Sequence record: MN850601.1
Source of the DNA: Escherichia phage inny
Length of the DNA: 64,000 bases
Reading direction: 5' to 3' (one strand)
A model generated the notes under the pieces. That model had not been told where the DNA came from. It was given only the letters and a program-made list of their open reading frames with translations, and did no database searches. Below, one piece after another: positions 43,621 to 53,474 of the stretch. The position numbers and the translations under genes are program-made. Every line of letters begins with the position of its first letter. Within the stretch, counting starts at the first letter, position 1.

Positions 43621-46034
43621 TGGCGAATTTTCCAACATATCCTGCTACGACACTAGAACAAGGTGTTGATCTGGTTATATTCTCGTCTAACCAGATGCAT
43701 GATGTTATTAATGGGGATGCTACAGCAACTGTAGAAACCGAAACAGGTTTAATACCTACACTGCGTAAAGCACTTGTTGATAACTTCTTCTTTAAGAGTC
43801 CTGTTGCTTGGTCAGCAGGATCAACTGAAACTGTATTTAACCAGTTACGTTATTTTGAAAACGGTATCTTGAGTGGGTACTATTATGCCCCATCTGCCAC
43901 TACTGCGAACCCTGTACCTATGCAGGGCACACCTGTAGGGGACAGTAACTGGACTCTGTACGCTCTTAAAACTGAACAGTTAGCTTCAGATGTGTATCCT
44001 TGGTATTTTAAAGGTGCTACAGGATATGAAACAGAAATCAGTCCTCCTTATATCTTTGATAATGCTATTGTCACCATTAACGGTGTAATTCAGATTCAAG
44101 GTGAAGCATTTACTATCAAAGATAGTAAAATTATTCTGGCAGAACCATTAGGTTTAGATCCGTCTACTGGTCTACCTAACAAATTGTTTGCTTTTATTGG
44201 TAAAACAACAGCCTCTACTTCTTACGTAGAGAAAAACCTTTTGTCATCTACCACTGGTGCAGCAATGGTTGGTCTTCCATCTGGAGGCAACCTGTTACAA
44301 GCTCAATACTTTGTAACGCCTGAGCAGTTTGGTGCAATTGGTGATGGAGTTACCGATGATACTCAAGCAATTTTAAAAACTATTACTTTCGCTAACACGA
44401 ATAACATTCAAGTACGTGCAGATAAGAATTATAGATTCACAAGCTCAATTGCTATGTCTGGTATTCGTTGGTATGGTGGTACATTCACTGGTAACGGTGG
44501 AACAATGATTTCTACTGTGTCCTGTTGGATGGAAAACGTTCGCTTTGAAAAATGTTATGTTAAGATGTTAGGTGGTGATTGCCGATTCTATCGTAATATC
44601 TTCTCCAACGCAACATCTACAGCAGCATTCTTAATGCAAGCAATGACAAGTGAAGGTACGTTGGACTTCAGTTACAACGAAATGTATGGTTGTAAATATG
44701 CGATCCTGCAACAAGGTACTGGAGAAGTAATGACCTACGGGCGTTACTCTAACAACTATATTCACGATATTAAAGGTGATGCTATTGAACTTAACGTAGT
44801 TCAAAAACACTACACTGAAGGTTTGATTATCGAGAATAACCACATTGCTAACGTAGATGCTTCTGGACAAGGGGCAAACTGGGGTATTGGTATTGGTGTA
44901 GCAGGTAGTGGCCCATATGGTGTTGATGTTCCTGATTCACAATATGTACGTAACTTCAGTATCGTTGGGAATAGGGTTTACAATTGCCGTCAATGTTTAC
45001 ACGTTGAAATGGGTAAAAACTTCACAATACGTGATAATGAAGTTTATCCTAACACAGCAGTTTCAACAGGTACAGGTTTAACTACTTGTGGTGTTGCATT
45101 ATACGGATGCCAAGATTTTGAAGTTGATGGTTTAACTGGTTATCTGCTTAATGATCCGTCTGTTTCAACACGCATGGTCTTTATTGATTGGGGTGTTAAC
45201 AGTGGAAGATATGCGGGGCCACCAATTAACTTTACAATTAAGAATTTGGATATTCCAGAATCCTCAATTGAGATTGCAACCTCTGGATCAGATGCTTGGG
45301 AAAACTCTACAATTGTTAGTAATATCAATTGTAATGTTTTTAAATGGCGTGGGCTACCATCTAGCTCTACTTTTAATAATATTCGTTGCCGTAGTATTGA
45401 CTTTATTGGTCAACACGGAAGCGGAGAAGGAAGTGGTGGCGGTTTCTATACTCGCAGCCAATTCACGTATATGAAGTGGGTAGGATGTACAGCACTTAGC
45501 GGAGATGAAACAACAGTTTCTTTTGCTAAAATCTACACTGATCGTTGCGATCAGGTTGGAAATAACTTTGGTGTTCCAACTGCTGTTGATGGTACAGGTC
45601 ATCGTGGGCCAGTTTTAACTACTATTTCTGAACAATATTTTACAGCTTATGATGAATTCCCAGGTGGGCGTGAATTCCCTACTGGAACAGTTATTCATTG
45701 TGCAAGCGGTAAAAAACATGTTGTTACAGTAGGTGGTGCTTTCTTTAGTGCCAACGAGAAAATAAAAGCAACTGTTACAGGTCAAACCTATCTACAGTCT
45801 AATGCTTTAAACTGGGCTAGTAATGGCTACGCTAAAGCAGCAGGTACTAAAATTGTTATTCCAGGTGCAGGTGCAAATGGCGGCGATCTTGTGACAACTA
45901 TAGCACGTGCTACATACGTGACAAATAGTTTGTACACAATAGATATTGCAGATCCAATTGTAACACCTACAGCAGAGAATACACAAATTAAAGCTCTGAA
46001 TCCTGTTACTTTTGTTACTGTCAACAATGCTTAA
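43620..46034 (+). CDS. tailspike-like protein with parallel beta-helix (pectate-lyase-fold) repeats
   Basis: 804 aa; repeated N/G/I-rich beta-helix rungs (IIENNHIANVDASGQG, FSIVGNRVYNCRQCLHVEMGKNFTIRDNEVYPN); followed by terminator. Confidence 0.55.
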   Translation: MANFPTYPATTLEQGVDLVIFSSNQMHDVINGDATATVETETGLIPTLRKALVDNFFFKSPVAWSAGSTETVFNQLRYFENGILSGYYYAPSATTANPVPMQGTPVGDSNWTLYALKTEQLASDVYPWYFKGATGYETEISPPYIFDNAIVTINGVIQIQGEAFTIKDSKIILAEPLGLDPSTGLPNKLFAFIGKTTASTSYVEKNLLSSTTGAAMVGLPSGGNLLQAQYFVTPEQFGAIGDGVTDDTQAILKTITFANTNNIQVRADKNYRFTSSIAMSGIRWYGGTFTGNGGTMISTVSCWMENVRFEKCYVKMLGGDCRFYRNIFSNATSTAAFLMQAMTSEGTLDFSYNEMYGCKYAILQQGTGEVMTYGRYSNNYIHDIKGDAIELNVVQKHYTEGLIIENNHIANVDASGQGANWGIGIGVAGSGPYGVDVPDSQYVRNFSIVGNRVYNCRQCLHVEMGKNFTIRDNEVYPNTAVSTGTGLTTCGVALYGCQDFEVDGLTGYLLNDPSVSTRMVFIDWGVNSGRYAGPPINFTIKNLDIPESSIEIATSGSDAWENSTIVSNINCNVFKWRGLPSSSTFNNIRCRSIDFIGQHGSGEGSGGGFYTRSQFTYMKWVGCTALSGDETTVSFAKIYTDRCDQVGNNFGVPTAVDGTGHRGPVLTTISEQYFTAYDEFPGGREFPTGTVIHCASGKKHVVTVGGAFFSANEKIKATVTGQTYLQSNALNWASNGYAKAAGTKIVIPGAGANGGDLVTTIARATYVTNSLYTIDIADPIVTPTAENTQIKALNPVTFVTVNNA

Positions 46035-46036
46035 TT

Positions 46037-46060
46037 AAAAAGGGGCGAAAGCCCCTTTAT
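46037..46060 (+). terminator. intrinsic terminator (AGGGGC-GAAA-GCCCCT + T-run)
   Basis: GC hairpin after tailspike stop. Confidence 0.65.
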
Positions 46061-46075
46061 AAAAGGAGTAGTAAA

Positions 46076-48037
46076 GTGATTTTAACACGTCCAAATAGTG
46101 CCATTGCAGACATGGTAGAGTCTCGCTATAGAAAGCGTAGAAGTTTTGCAAGTGGTTTTACCTTAAGAGATGCTCGTGAAGCATTGCTCTTTGAAACTGA
46201 CGGTAACTACTATCAGTGGAAAGGTTCTCTACCTAAAGTTGTACCTGCTAACTCTACTCCTACATCTACTGGAGGGATTTCAGATACAGCTTGGAAAAAT
46301 GTGGGTAATGCAGATGACATTGCTCAAATAGAATCAGAATTAGATGCTATTGAAGCTGAAATTGAAGATCTTAGAGAATCCATTCCAGAAGCTGGTAAAT
46401 CAGCTTACCAGATTGCCGTAGACAATGGTTTCCAAGGTACTGAGACAGACTGGTTGGCTTCTTTAAAAGGTGATCCAGGTGCTCCATTAAAGCTGCTAGG
46501 GACGCTATCTAATACCAACCAATTACCTACAACTGGAAACAATGCAGGAGATGCATGGATTGTAGGCGAGAATATGTATGCTTGGGATGGTACTGCTTGG
46601 AGAAAAGTAAACTCACAGGGGCCAGAAGGTAAATCAGCTTATCAAGTTTGGCTTGCAGCAGGAAACCAAGGTACAGAACTAGATTATCTTGCTTCAATTA
46701 AAGGTGATAAAGGGGAGCCTGGCCCAGAGGGGCCACAAGGTGTGCCAGGTAACAATGCTAATGGTTTTGATTACCAAGGTGCAGCTAATTCCGTTTCAGA
46801 TCTTCCTTCTGCATCTCCTGGAAACACATCTCAAGCATGGAGTATTGGTACATATCTATACGTGTCAAACGGTGTAGAATGGATCAATATGGGTGCTATA
46901 GTGGGGCCAAAAGGAGATAAAGGCGACAAAGGAGATAAGGGTAACACTGGTGATTCAGCTTATCAAGTCTGGTTAAATGCTGGTAACGTTGGTACTATTG
47001 ACGAATATATTGCCTCTCTGAAAGGAGAAAAAGGTGATAAGGGAGACAAGGGTGATCAAGGTGAGCAGGGTATACAAGGCTTGACGGGGCCAACTGGTGC
47101 AGGGTTGACCATTATTGATATTCTGACTGACACTTCTGAACTACCAGGAACTGGAGAAGATGGTGATGGTTATCTGATCAATAATGAACTTTGGGTTTGG
47201 TTGCAAGGAGCCACACAGTGGACAAATGTTGGTCGTTTAGCTGGTACTCCAATCACTGCAAAAGGACACGTTGCATCTGCAAGTGCACTTCCTCCTACAT
47301 CCAATTACGGTGATGCTTATCTGACGGAAGATACAGGTCATCTTTACATTTACACCTATGATGAACAAACTCAAACTGCTGAATATGTAGATATGGGTAG
47401 TTTGAAAGGTGATAAGGGTGAGAAAGGTGACGCTGGTACTAACGGTACGGATGGCGCAACTTGGATTGTTAAAACAACAGATCCAATCTCTAGGGATGGT
47501 AAACAAGGGGATTATGCCTTTAATATCTCCACTGGCGAGGTGTTCTTAAAAACATCTGCAACTGTCTGGACTTCTCAAGGTACACTACCTAGCATCACAG
47601 ATGCACCTAGTGACGGTAAAATCTATGCTCGTAAAGATGGAGCATGGGAAGAACTCACTAGTTCTGTAGATGGTCAAGATATAGTTCCAACAAAAGTAAC
47701 AACTAATTTTATAGAGGTTACAGCATACACCAACAACTCTGTTACAGGGGACTGGACACCTCCAGGAACACATAACATGAATGTGTTGAATCTTACTGGT
47801 AACTCTACTATAAAAGCATGGCCTGGTGTCGAAGATAGCACAAAACCTAAACCATTCTCTGCAATAGTTTATCTTATCCAAGATGCCACTGGGGGTCGTA
47901 CTGTTACTTTAGACCCATCTTACAAAGTAATTGGTTCTAGTGATATTAATACAGATCCTAACGGAGTAACAATACTACAACTAACATATTGTGGTGTTGG
48001 TGATTACGTGGATGCTATTGTTGCTAAACGCACATAA
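46076..48037 (+). CDS. tail fibre protein with collagen-like Gly-X-Y tracts
   Basis: 653 aa; GTG start behind AAGGAG; tracts GPKGDKGDKGDKGNTGD and KGEKGDKGDKGDQGEQGIQGLTGPTG; internal repeats SAYQ(I/V)..(N/D)..G(T/N)...(Y/W)LAS(L/I)KG. Confidence 0.6.
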   Translation: MILTRPNSAIADMVESRYRKRRSFASGFTLRDAREALLFETDGNYYQWKGSLPKVVPANSTPTSTGGISDTAWKNVGNADDIAQIESELDAIEAEIEDLRESIPEAGKSAYQIAVDNGFQGTETDWLASLKGDPGAPLKLLGTLSNTNQLPTTGNNAGDAWIVGENMYAWDGTAWRKVNSQGPEGKSAYQVWLAAGNQGTELDYLASIKGDKGEPGPEGPQGVPGNNANGFDYQGAANSVSDLPSASPGNTSQAWSIGTYLYVSNGVEWINMGAIVGPKGDKGDKGDKGNTGDSAYQVWLNAGNVGTIDEYIASLKGEKGDKGDKGDQGEQGIQGLTGPTGAGLTIIDILTDTSELPGTGEDGDGYLINNELWVWLQGATQWTNVGRLAGTPITAKGHVASASALPPTSNYGDAYLTEDTGHLYIYTYDEQTQTAEYVDMGSLKGDKGEKGDAGTNGTDGATWIVKTTDPISRDGKQGDYAFNISTGEVFLKTSATVWTSQGTLPSITDAPSDGKIYARKDGAWEELTSSVDGQDIVPTKVTTNFIEVTAYTNNSVTGDWTPPGTHNMNVLNLTGNSTIKAWPGVEDSTKPKPFSAIVYLIQDATGGRTVTLDPSYKVIGSSDINTDPNGVTILQLTYCGVGDYVDAIVAKRT

Positions 48038-48040
48038 TCA

Positions 48041-48066
48041 AAGCCCCTTCGGGGGCTTATTGTTTA
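48041..48066 (+). terminator. intrinsic terminator (AGCCCC-TTCG-GGGGCT + T-run)
   Basis: hairpin is the exact reverse complement of the one at 403..420. Confidence 0.65.
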
Positions 48067-48076
48067 AGGAGATTAA

Positions 48077-50896
48077 ATGTATCCTATTCCTTTATTTATG
48101 TCAACAACATCAGCTTCAGTAGTAACAGCTACATCTATAACTACTTCCTCTATTGGTATTGCAATAGTTGGTGGTAAAAAACAACTGACATACACAGTTA
48201 CACCGGAAGATGGTGCATTATTTGATATAGCTTTTTCATCTTCAGATAATACCAAAATGGTTATAGATAATAGTGGTATGATGGAGTTTGTTGCCGAAGG
48301 TGGTTTTGATGCAATAATGACAGCTAAAAATAATTTAGGTGCTGTCTTAACTGATCAATCTGGTGGTTATGCTTCAGAATTAAGTGTGTACACTGAAAGT
48401 CTATCGGCTATGGATGTAGGCACTACTCAACAGTTGGTTGCTACAATCAGTCCAGAAGGTGCTAAAGACCTTCCAGATATGGTAATTACATACACCACAA
48501 CAGATCCAGAAGTAGCTACTGTAAGCCCTACAGGGTTAATAACTGCTCTTAAAGATGGCGGTTGCCGTATAGGTTGTACTGCAACGTATCAAGGAACAGT
48601 TGTGGCCTCTGATAGTTCTTATTTAGGTGTTAATGCTATTCCTGTTATTTCTAATGTAACAGCCGTGGCAAACAGCTATGGAGACGTTCGTGTTGCTTGG
48701 GATGTAACTGATCCTCTAGATGGTGATACTTATACTGTAGAAGTATTAGATTTAAGTAATAATAGTGTTCAGTGGACTACAACAACCACGAATACTCATG
48801 CTTACTTTGATATCTCTGACTCTATTCCTCTTTATGGGTTTGCTCCAACATACCTTAAAATTAGCGTTAAGAGCACCAAAGCAGCAGCCGTTATCTTTAA
48901 TAACTCAATAGCTACAGATGATTCGTTCATTAAAGAAGTTATTGTCTTTGCTGGACAAGATAACGTAAATGCACACTTTACAGAACTATCTGGTGCAAAT
49001 AAAGCAGCAATGGGTAGCACAACAGCCCGTAATGCATATGCTACGCAACGTGGTTTAGCAAATGCTGAAGTTCTTCCGTTAAATACAGCTTCTGGATCAT
49101 CAGCAGCAGATAAATATGCTGACGATAAAGCTGGAACAGGTACACCAGATAACTACTGGTATGATCTGGATAACACAGCAGATGGGCCATGCTTAACTAA
49201 CTTTATCACTAAAGTCACACCTTATGCAAGTAAGGTTAAAGCAATTATTTGGGGACAAGGTGAAAATGATGCTGTATCAGCATCTTCGACTGTTGCAGGT
49301 AGGTACAGTAACACTACACGTTACCATGATGCTACGATAGCTATCTTTGATAAGATGCGTACAATAGTTCCTGCTTCTCAAGCAAAAATTGTTTGGCAGA
49401 TCCTAGGACGTTCTTATTTATATGGTGTAGAAGTTAATGGTGTGGATTGGCAGAAGTACAGAAATGTACAAAGAACCATCTCTACAGCACGTGATGATGT
49501 TATCATTGGTTCTTGGGTAGATGGTGCTGAACGTTACAGTGGTTATGTTTATGAAGAAGGTATTGATGGTCGTATCCATTATATTTCTTCTGTATACCAA
49601 ACAGCAGCTACAAAACTTGCTAAATCAGCAGCAGACGGTACAGACTTAACATCAACGTCACCTGTTTGGGTTGATATGGCTGTTCCAACTGGAGCAACAG
49701 CTACTTCCCAACCTAATCAAGATACAATTTTAGCATGGGATGCTCAAGGCTATAGTAAACACTACTTCCGTAATATTAACGTCTTAACCGCATCTGTATT
49801 AACTGAACAAACGCTTAATACGAACAGTTATACGTTTACCTATGCAGATCAAGTAGAACAATATGGTTTTGCAGCAGGAACTACTATATTTGATGTTGCA
49901 TATTATGACGAAGCAAATGATGTGTTATCTCCTTTAGTACGTTTTAATGTTAACGTTACAGCAGGAACCGTAGAAGATAAACCTGTCGTGATGGACTATG
50001 ATTTGACGCAAGAAACTCTTCCATCAGATGTTAAGGTTAATGGTGGGAACTCTTTTGCTCGTGCTTCTGGAGATATACTTGTAGCCACTAACACCTTGGT
50101 TGCTCCGTTGGAGTATGTTGGTAATACCCCTGTAGGTAGACGTGTAACAGCTAACACAGCTTCACAAATTTTTGTCAACAACGCCTTAACAAGTGCAAGC
50201 CCGTGGGTAAAGACCAACTTAACTGTTGCAGCTTCATCTGATAAATCTCCGGCTGGAACTACTGCCAATGTATTCAAATTAACTCCGACTACAACCTCTG
50301 GTAGTCATATCTTAACTGCAACATATACTAACGCGTACAACATATCTGCCGGACGTAACTGGTCTGCCTCTGTTTTCTTGAAAGCAAACGGGATTACTAA
50401 GGCCAAACTAAGATTAAAAGCAGGAACTGAAGTTAATGAGGGTACTTTTGATTTAGCAGCAGGTACATTCACAGGAAGTGAAGCTAATATTATATCTATG
50501 GGCAACGGTTGGTATCGTGCTATTCTGCATAAAACAGGGATAGCCAAACAGTCCTTCATAAGTTTTGAAATAATTGCCTTGGATGCAACTGGTGCGGAGA
50601 TTTTCGCTGGAGATGGTACTAGTAACCTTGCAGTTTGGTTGCCACAGCTTGAAGGTGCTTCTACAGGAGAAACATCAAAAGCTGGATCGCCTTATGTCTG
50701 CACATATCCTGGAAATTTAGGAGGAGTATCCTTCACTATACCAAGGAACGGACATACTGGTGTGGATGTTTACTATTCCAACGGAGACGTTGTTCGTGAC
50801 GTATTCTCTGGTACGGCATCTACTTGGACAATAAACTACTCCAGTTTGTACGATTGGGGATCAGTCTTTATTACAGGTTTGAAATATTACGACTAA
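48077..50896 (+). CDS. tail fibre/receptor-binding protein with sialate-O-acetylesterase-like (SASA) domain
   Basis: 939 aa; AAGGAG SD; Thr/Ser-rich Ig-like N-terminal repeats; esterase-type motifs VFAGQDNVNAHF and IIWGQGENDA. Confidence 0.5.
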   Translation: MYPIPLFMSTTSASVVTATSITTSSIGIAIVGGKKQLTYTVTPEDGALFDIAFSSSDNTKMVIDNSGMMEFVAEGGFDAIMTAKNNLGAVLTDQSGGYASELSVYTESLSAMDVGTTQQLVATISPEGAKDLPDMVITYTTTDPEVATVSPTGLITALKDGGCRIGCTATYQGTVVASDSSYLGVNAIPVISNVTAVANSYGDVRVAWDVTDPLDGDTYTVEVLDLSNNSVQWTTTTTNTHAYFDISDSIPLYGFAPTYLKISVKSTKAAAVIFNNSIATDDSFIKEVIVFAGQDNVNAHFTELSGANKAAMGSTTARNAYATQRGLANAEVLPLNTASGSSAADKYADDKAGTGTPDNYWYDLDNTADGPCLTNFITKVTPYASKVKAIIWGQGENDAVSASSTVAGRYSNTTRYHDATIAIFDKMRTIVPASQAKIVWQILGRSYLYGVEVNGVDWQKYRNVQRTISTARDDVIIGSWVDGAERYSGYVYEEGIDGRIHYISSVYQTAATKLAKSAADGTDLTSTSPVWVDMAVPTGATATSQPNQDTILAWDAQGYSKHYFRNINVLTASVLTEQTLNTNSYTFTYADQVEQYGFAAGTTIFDVAYYDEANDVLSPLVRFNVNVTAGTVEDKPVVMDYDLTQETLPSDVKVNGGNSFARASGDILVATNTLVAPLEYVGNTPVGRRVTANTASQIFVNNALTSASPWVKTNLTVAASSDKSPAGTTANVFKLTPTTTSGSHILTATYTNAYNISAGRNWSASVFLKANGITKAKLRLKAGTEVNEGTFDLAAGTFTGSEANIISMGNGWYRAILHKTGIAKQSFISFEIIALDATGAEIFAGDGTSNLAVWLPQLEGASTGETSKAGSPYVCTYPGNLGGVSFTIPRNGHTGVDVYYSNGDVVRDVFSGTASTWTINYSSLYDWGSVFITGLKYYD

Positions 50897-50898
50897 TA

Positions 50899-50930
50899 AA
50901 AAAGGAGCCATTAGGCTCCTTTTCTTTTAT
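50899..50930. terminator. bidirectional terminator (AGGAGCC-ATTA-GGCTCCT flanked by A-run and T-run)
   Basis: sits between convergent plus-strand fibre gene and minus-strand genes. Confidence 0.7.
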
Positions 50931-50931
50931 C

Positions 50932-51363
50932 TTAATCAGTGAAAATTACGCTTACATCTTCTTTAGAGAAGAGTTTATGATCTTCACCTTTTGTCTCAAG
51001 AGTTTCATACAGGTTAAGAAGTTCTGAAACATCTTTCTCTACCAGTTTCTTCAATGTTGCAATTTTCTGTTTGCGACTCTTAATACGTTCAGCTACAACC
51101 TTACGCTGGTATCCGGCAGTACGATAACCTGAGAAAGTTACACCAGTGAGACTTGCAGTTACAGGATCGTAGTGACGTTCAATCTGAAACTTATTAAAAG
51201 GTACAGCGTCATCACGAATAATCTTACCGCCATTACTTACCTGACGAAGACCAGTAACTTGTTCCAGTCGTGCCATAGAAATCTTTGGAGACAGACCAGA
51301 GTCCAGGTTCATACCGTTGTTAATCAGTGCTTTCAGGGTGATTTTGCTGTTCAGTGTACTCAT
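50932..51363 (-). CDS. hypothetical protein (143 aa)
   Basis: ORF track; ATG at 51363 behind GGAGGAA; overlaps methyltransferase stop. Confidence 0.5.
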   Translation of the reverse strand: MSTLNSKITLKALINNGMNLDSGLSPKISMARLEQVTGLRQVSNGGKIIRDDAVPFNKFQIERHYDPVTASLTGVTFSGYRTAGYQRKVVAERIKSRKQKIATLKKLVEKDVSELLNLYETLETKGEDHKLFSKEDVSVIFTD

Positions 51364-52051
51364 TTAGTCGTTCCTCCGCTTGCTTAAAAATATTTACATC
51401 GGCTTCACAGCCTAAGTATTCTCTACCTGTTAAAAGTGCCGCAACTTGTGTTGTTGCACTTCCAGAGAAGAAGTCTAAGACTACATCTCCTTCGTTGGTG
51501 TGTATATTAATAAGGTCACAAAACAAAGTCAAGTGTTTTTGTGTTGGATGAAAACGATCTGCTCCTTGATAGATAGGATACTCAAACACACCCTTATGGT
51601 AGGAAGCATTGAAGGTTGGCTTCGAACCTTTAACACAAACAATAGCCATCTCTTTAGCGTTACTAAGATAGTTAACACCACTGTTGATGGGTACAGGGTT
51701 TGTTTTAATCCATTCGATAGTACGGAACATACGAAAACCAAGCGGTTCAAGGATTTCACGTAGCTCCTGGATCTTCCAGATATCATACCAAACTATGCAA
51801 GTACCACCTTTTCTAAGCACCCTGTAGGCTTCTTTGAATACTTCTTTAAAATAAGGAATATCTACAACATCCCAATCACCGAAGTTGTAAGATACACGGA
51901 ATCTATCCGTATCTTTTCCAGTAGGCTCTCCAGACTGAAAATTTGTGTCACGAGAAATAGCATATGGTGGGTCAGTAAGAATCAAATCTACACTATTGCT
52001 TTCGAGGGTTTGCAGGTAGTTTAATGCAGTGTTGTTTACAAATTCGCTCAT
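51320..52051 (-). CDS. DNA methyltransferase (N6-adenine/N4-cytosine class, DPPY motif)
   Basis: 243 aa; motif IV LILTDPPYAIS preceding motif I VVLDFFSGSATT. Confidence 0.85.
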   Translation of the reverse strand: MSEFVNNTALNYLQTLESNSVDLILTDPPYAISRDTNFQSGEPTGKDTDRFRVSYNFGDWDVVDIPYFKEVFKEAYRVLRKGGTCIVWYDIWKIQELREILEPLGFRMFRTIEWIKTNPVPINSGVNYLSNAKEMAIVCVKGSKPTFNASYHKGVFEYPIYQGADRFHPTQKHLTLFCDLINIHTNEGDVVLDFFSGSATTQVAALLTGREYLGCEADVNIFKQAEERLNEYTEQQNHPESTD

Positions 52052-52070
52052 TATATCTCCTTCAAAGAAA

Positions 52071-52088
52071 AGGAGCCGTTAGGCTCCT
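52071..52088 (-). terminator. intrinsic terminator hairpin AGGAGCC-GTTA-GGCTCCT
   Basis: near-identical to hairpin at 50903..50920; A-run on plus strand gives U-tract for minus-strand transcripts ending after the SSB-like gene. Confidence 0.55.
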
Positions 52089-52111
52089 TATATTCACACA
52101 ATACTTAACTA

Positions 52112-53059
52112 TTAGAAACAGTGCAGGAAGTTTCGACCATACTGCAAACCAATAGGAGCAAATGGGATATCATCATCGAAATCTTGAACAACAGGTTCTG
52201 GTTCTTTCGGTGCTGGTTCTTTCTTCTCTACTTTTTTAGTTTCTTTCTTAACTTCTTGTACTGGGGTAGACATTCCACGGATAGCAGCAGCTACTTTATC
52301 AGACAAAGCAAGAACTTCACGAGCAGCTTCAATAATCTCTTCTGCCGTTACAGTTTTACCTGTATGATCACGACAAGCGTTAAGAATTGCGTGTCCAACT
52401 GAAGCACCAAGATCATAGTCAGTCACATCAACGCCACGATCTTTAGCAATTTCTGCTTTCAGAGTAACAGTTGCAGATTGTACCACACCAGCCAAGTCGA
52501 AAGCATCACCTTTCACACCAGCACGTAGAAGCTCCAGAGCGCCGTTTACAGCGTGTCCTGTTTCAATCCCTACGGTATCACGTTTTTTGTAGTTAGGCTT
52601 GCTACCTTCGTTATTAGATGGCTTATTTCCACCTTTTGAAGAAGATTGTGCTTGCTGAACACCTTCTGTTGAAAGAATAGTGATTTTACCTTTAGAGGAA
52701 TTGTAGTATGTTTTGCCATTCCATTCAGAAGGTTTAACATCCATAGTTAGTTCTACACCTTTTTCGATAGTAACCCACTTATCACCATCTTTAACTTGCA
52801 GGTTTTCATGTTCTGGGTGCAGTTTAACTTCACCTAGGCTAACCCAAACACCTTTATCATCAGCACCAGCACCTTTCTCTTTAATAAGCAGGGATGCTTT
52901 GTGAGTTGATTCAATTTTCTTATCTGGTTGACCTGCAACCTTAATATAAGAGACTTTCATTTCATCAAACTTATCCAGTTTGACATATTCAACGATACCT
53001 TCAGCCCAGAATGCTTCTTTTTTAGTACGACGGTCGATTTCAGAATTAATTACTGGCAT
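52112..53059 (-). CDS. putative single-stranded DNA-binding protein
   Basis: 315 aa; acidic DFDDDIPF motif (classic SSB tail) 15 residues from the C-terminus; Gly/Ser/Asn-rich linker; replication-module context. Confidence 0.5.
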   Translation of the reverse strand: MPVINSEIDRRTKKEAFWAEGIVEYVKLDKFDEMKVSYIKVAGQPDKKIESTHKASLLIKEKGAGADDKGVWVSLGEVKLHPEHENLQVKDGDKWVTIEKGVELTMDVKPSEWNGKTYYNSSKGKITILSTEGVQQAQSSSKGGNKPSNNEGSKPNYKKRDTVGIETGHAVNGALELLRAGVKGDAFDLAGVVQSATVTLKAEIAKDRGVDVTDYDLGASVGHAILNACRDHTGKTVTAEEIIEAAREVLALSDKVAAAIRGMSTPVQEVKKETKKVEKKEPAPKEPEPVVQDFDDDIPFAPIGLQYGRNFLHCF

Positions 53060-53075
53060 AAATTCTCCTCTATAA

Positions 53076-53474
53076 TTACATTACTTTAACACAAAACTCT
53101 CGTAAAAGAGTAGCGTCAGTTTCTTCCAACAGGTATTTACCAAGACCAATACCAAATCCTATTTCACCACTTTCGAAATGGAGGATTTGTATCTTTTCTC
53201 CACCAAGATTAATTACTTTTGCTTTTCCAGGATTATCCAAAACATCTCGTATTGTATCCTGTAGTAACATAAGCTCACGTTTTGTGATAGTGGTTTCAGA
53301 TATCTCTTTGTTTTCTACTCTCACTGTTAAACGATTGTATCCACCAAAGAGACATAGTATTTGAATAAAAAAGGTATTATCTTGAGGTTCAACATCTTTT
53401 TTGGTTAGCTCAAGACGATTAGTTTCTCTACTGTAGAACGTCTCGACTAAGATTTTAGAACGATTATCTGTCAT
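53076..53474 (-). CDS. hypothetical protein (132 aa)
   Basis: ORF track. Confidence 0.5.
   Translation of the reverse strand: MTDNRSKILVETFYSRETNRLELTKKDVEPQDNTFFIQILCLFGGYNRLTVRVENKEISETTITKRELMLLQDTIRDVLDNPGKAKVINLGGEKIQILHFESGEIGFGIGLGKYLLEETDATLLREFCVKVM

Noticed and set aside
35679-50559. Short antisense ORFs inside large structural genes (for example 35679..36002, 44631..44870, 47237..47506, 49996..50277)
   Set aside because: Embedded antisense to long, well-supported coding frames, with no start-site signals.
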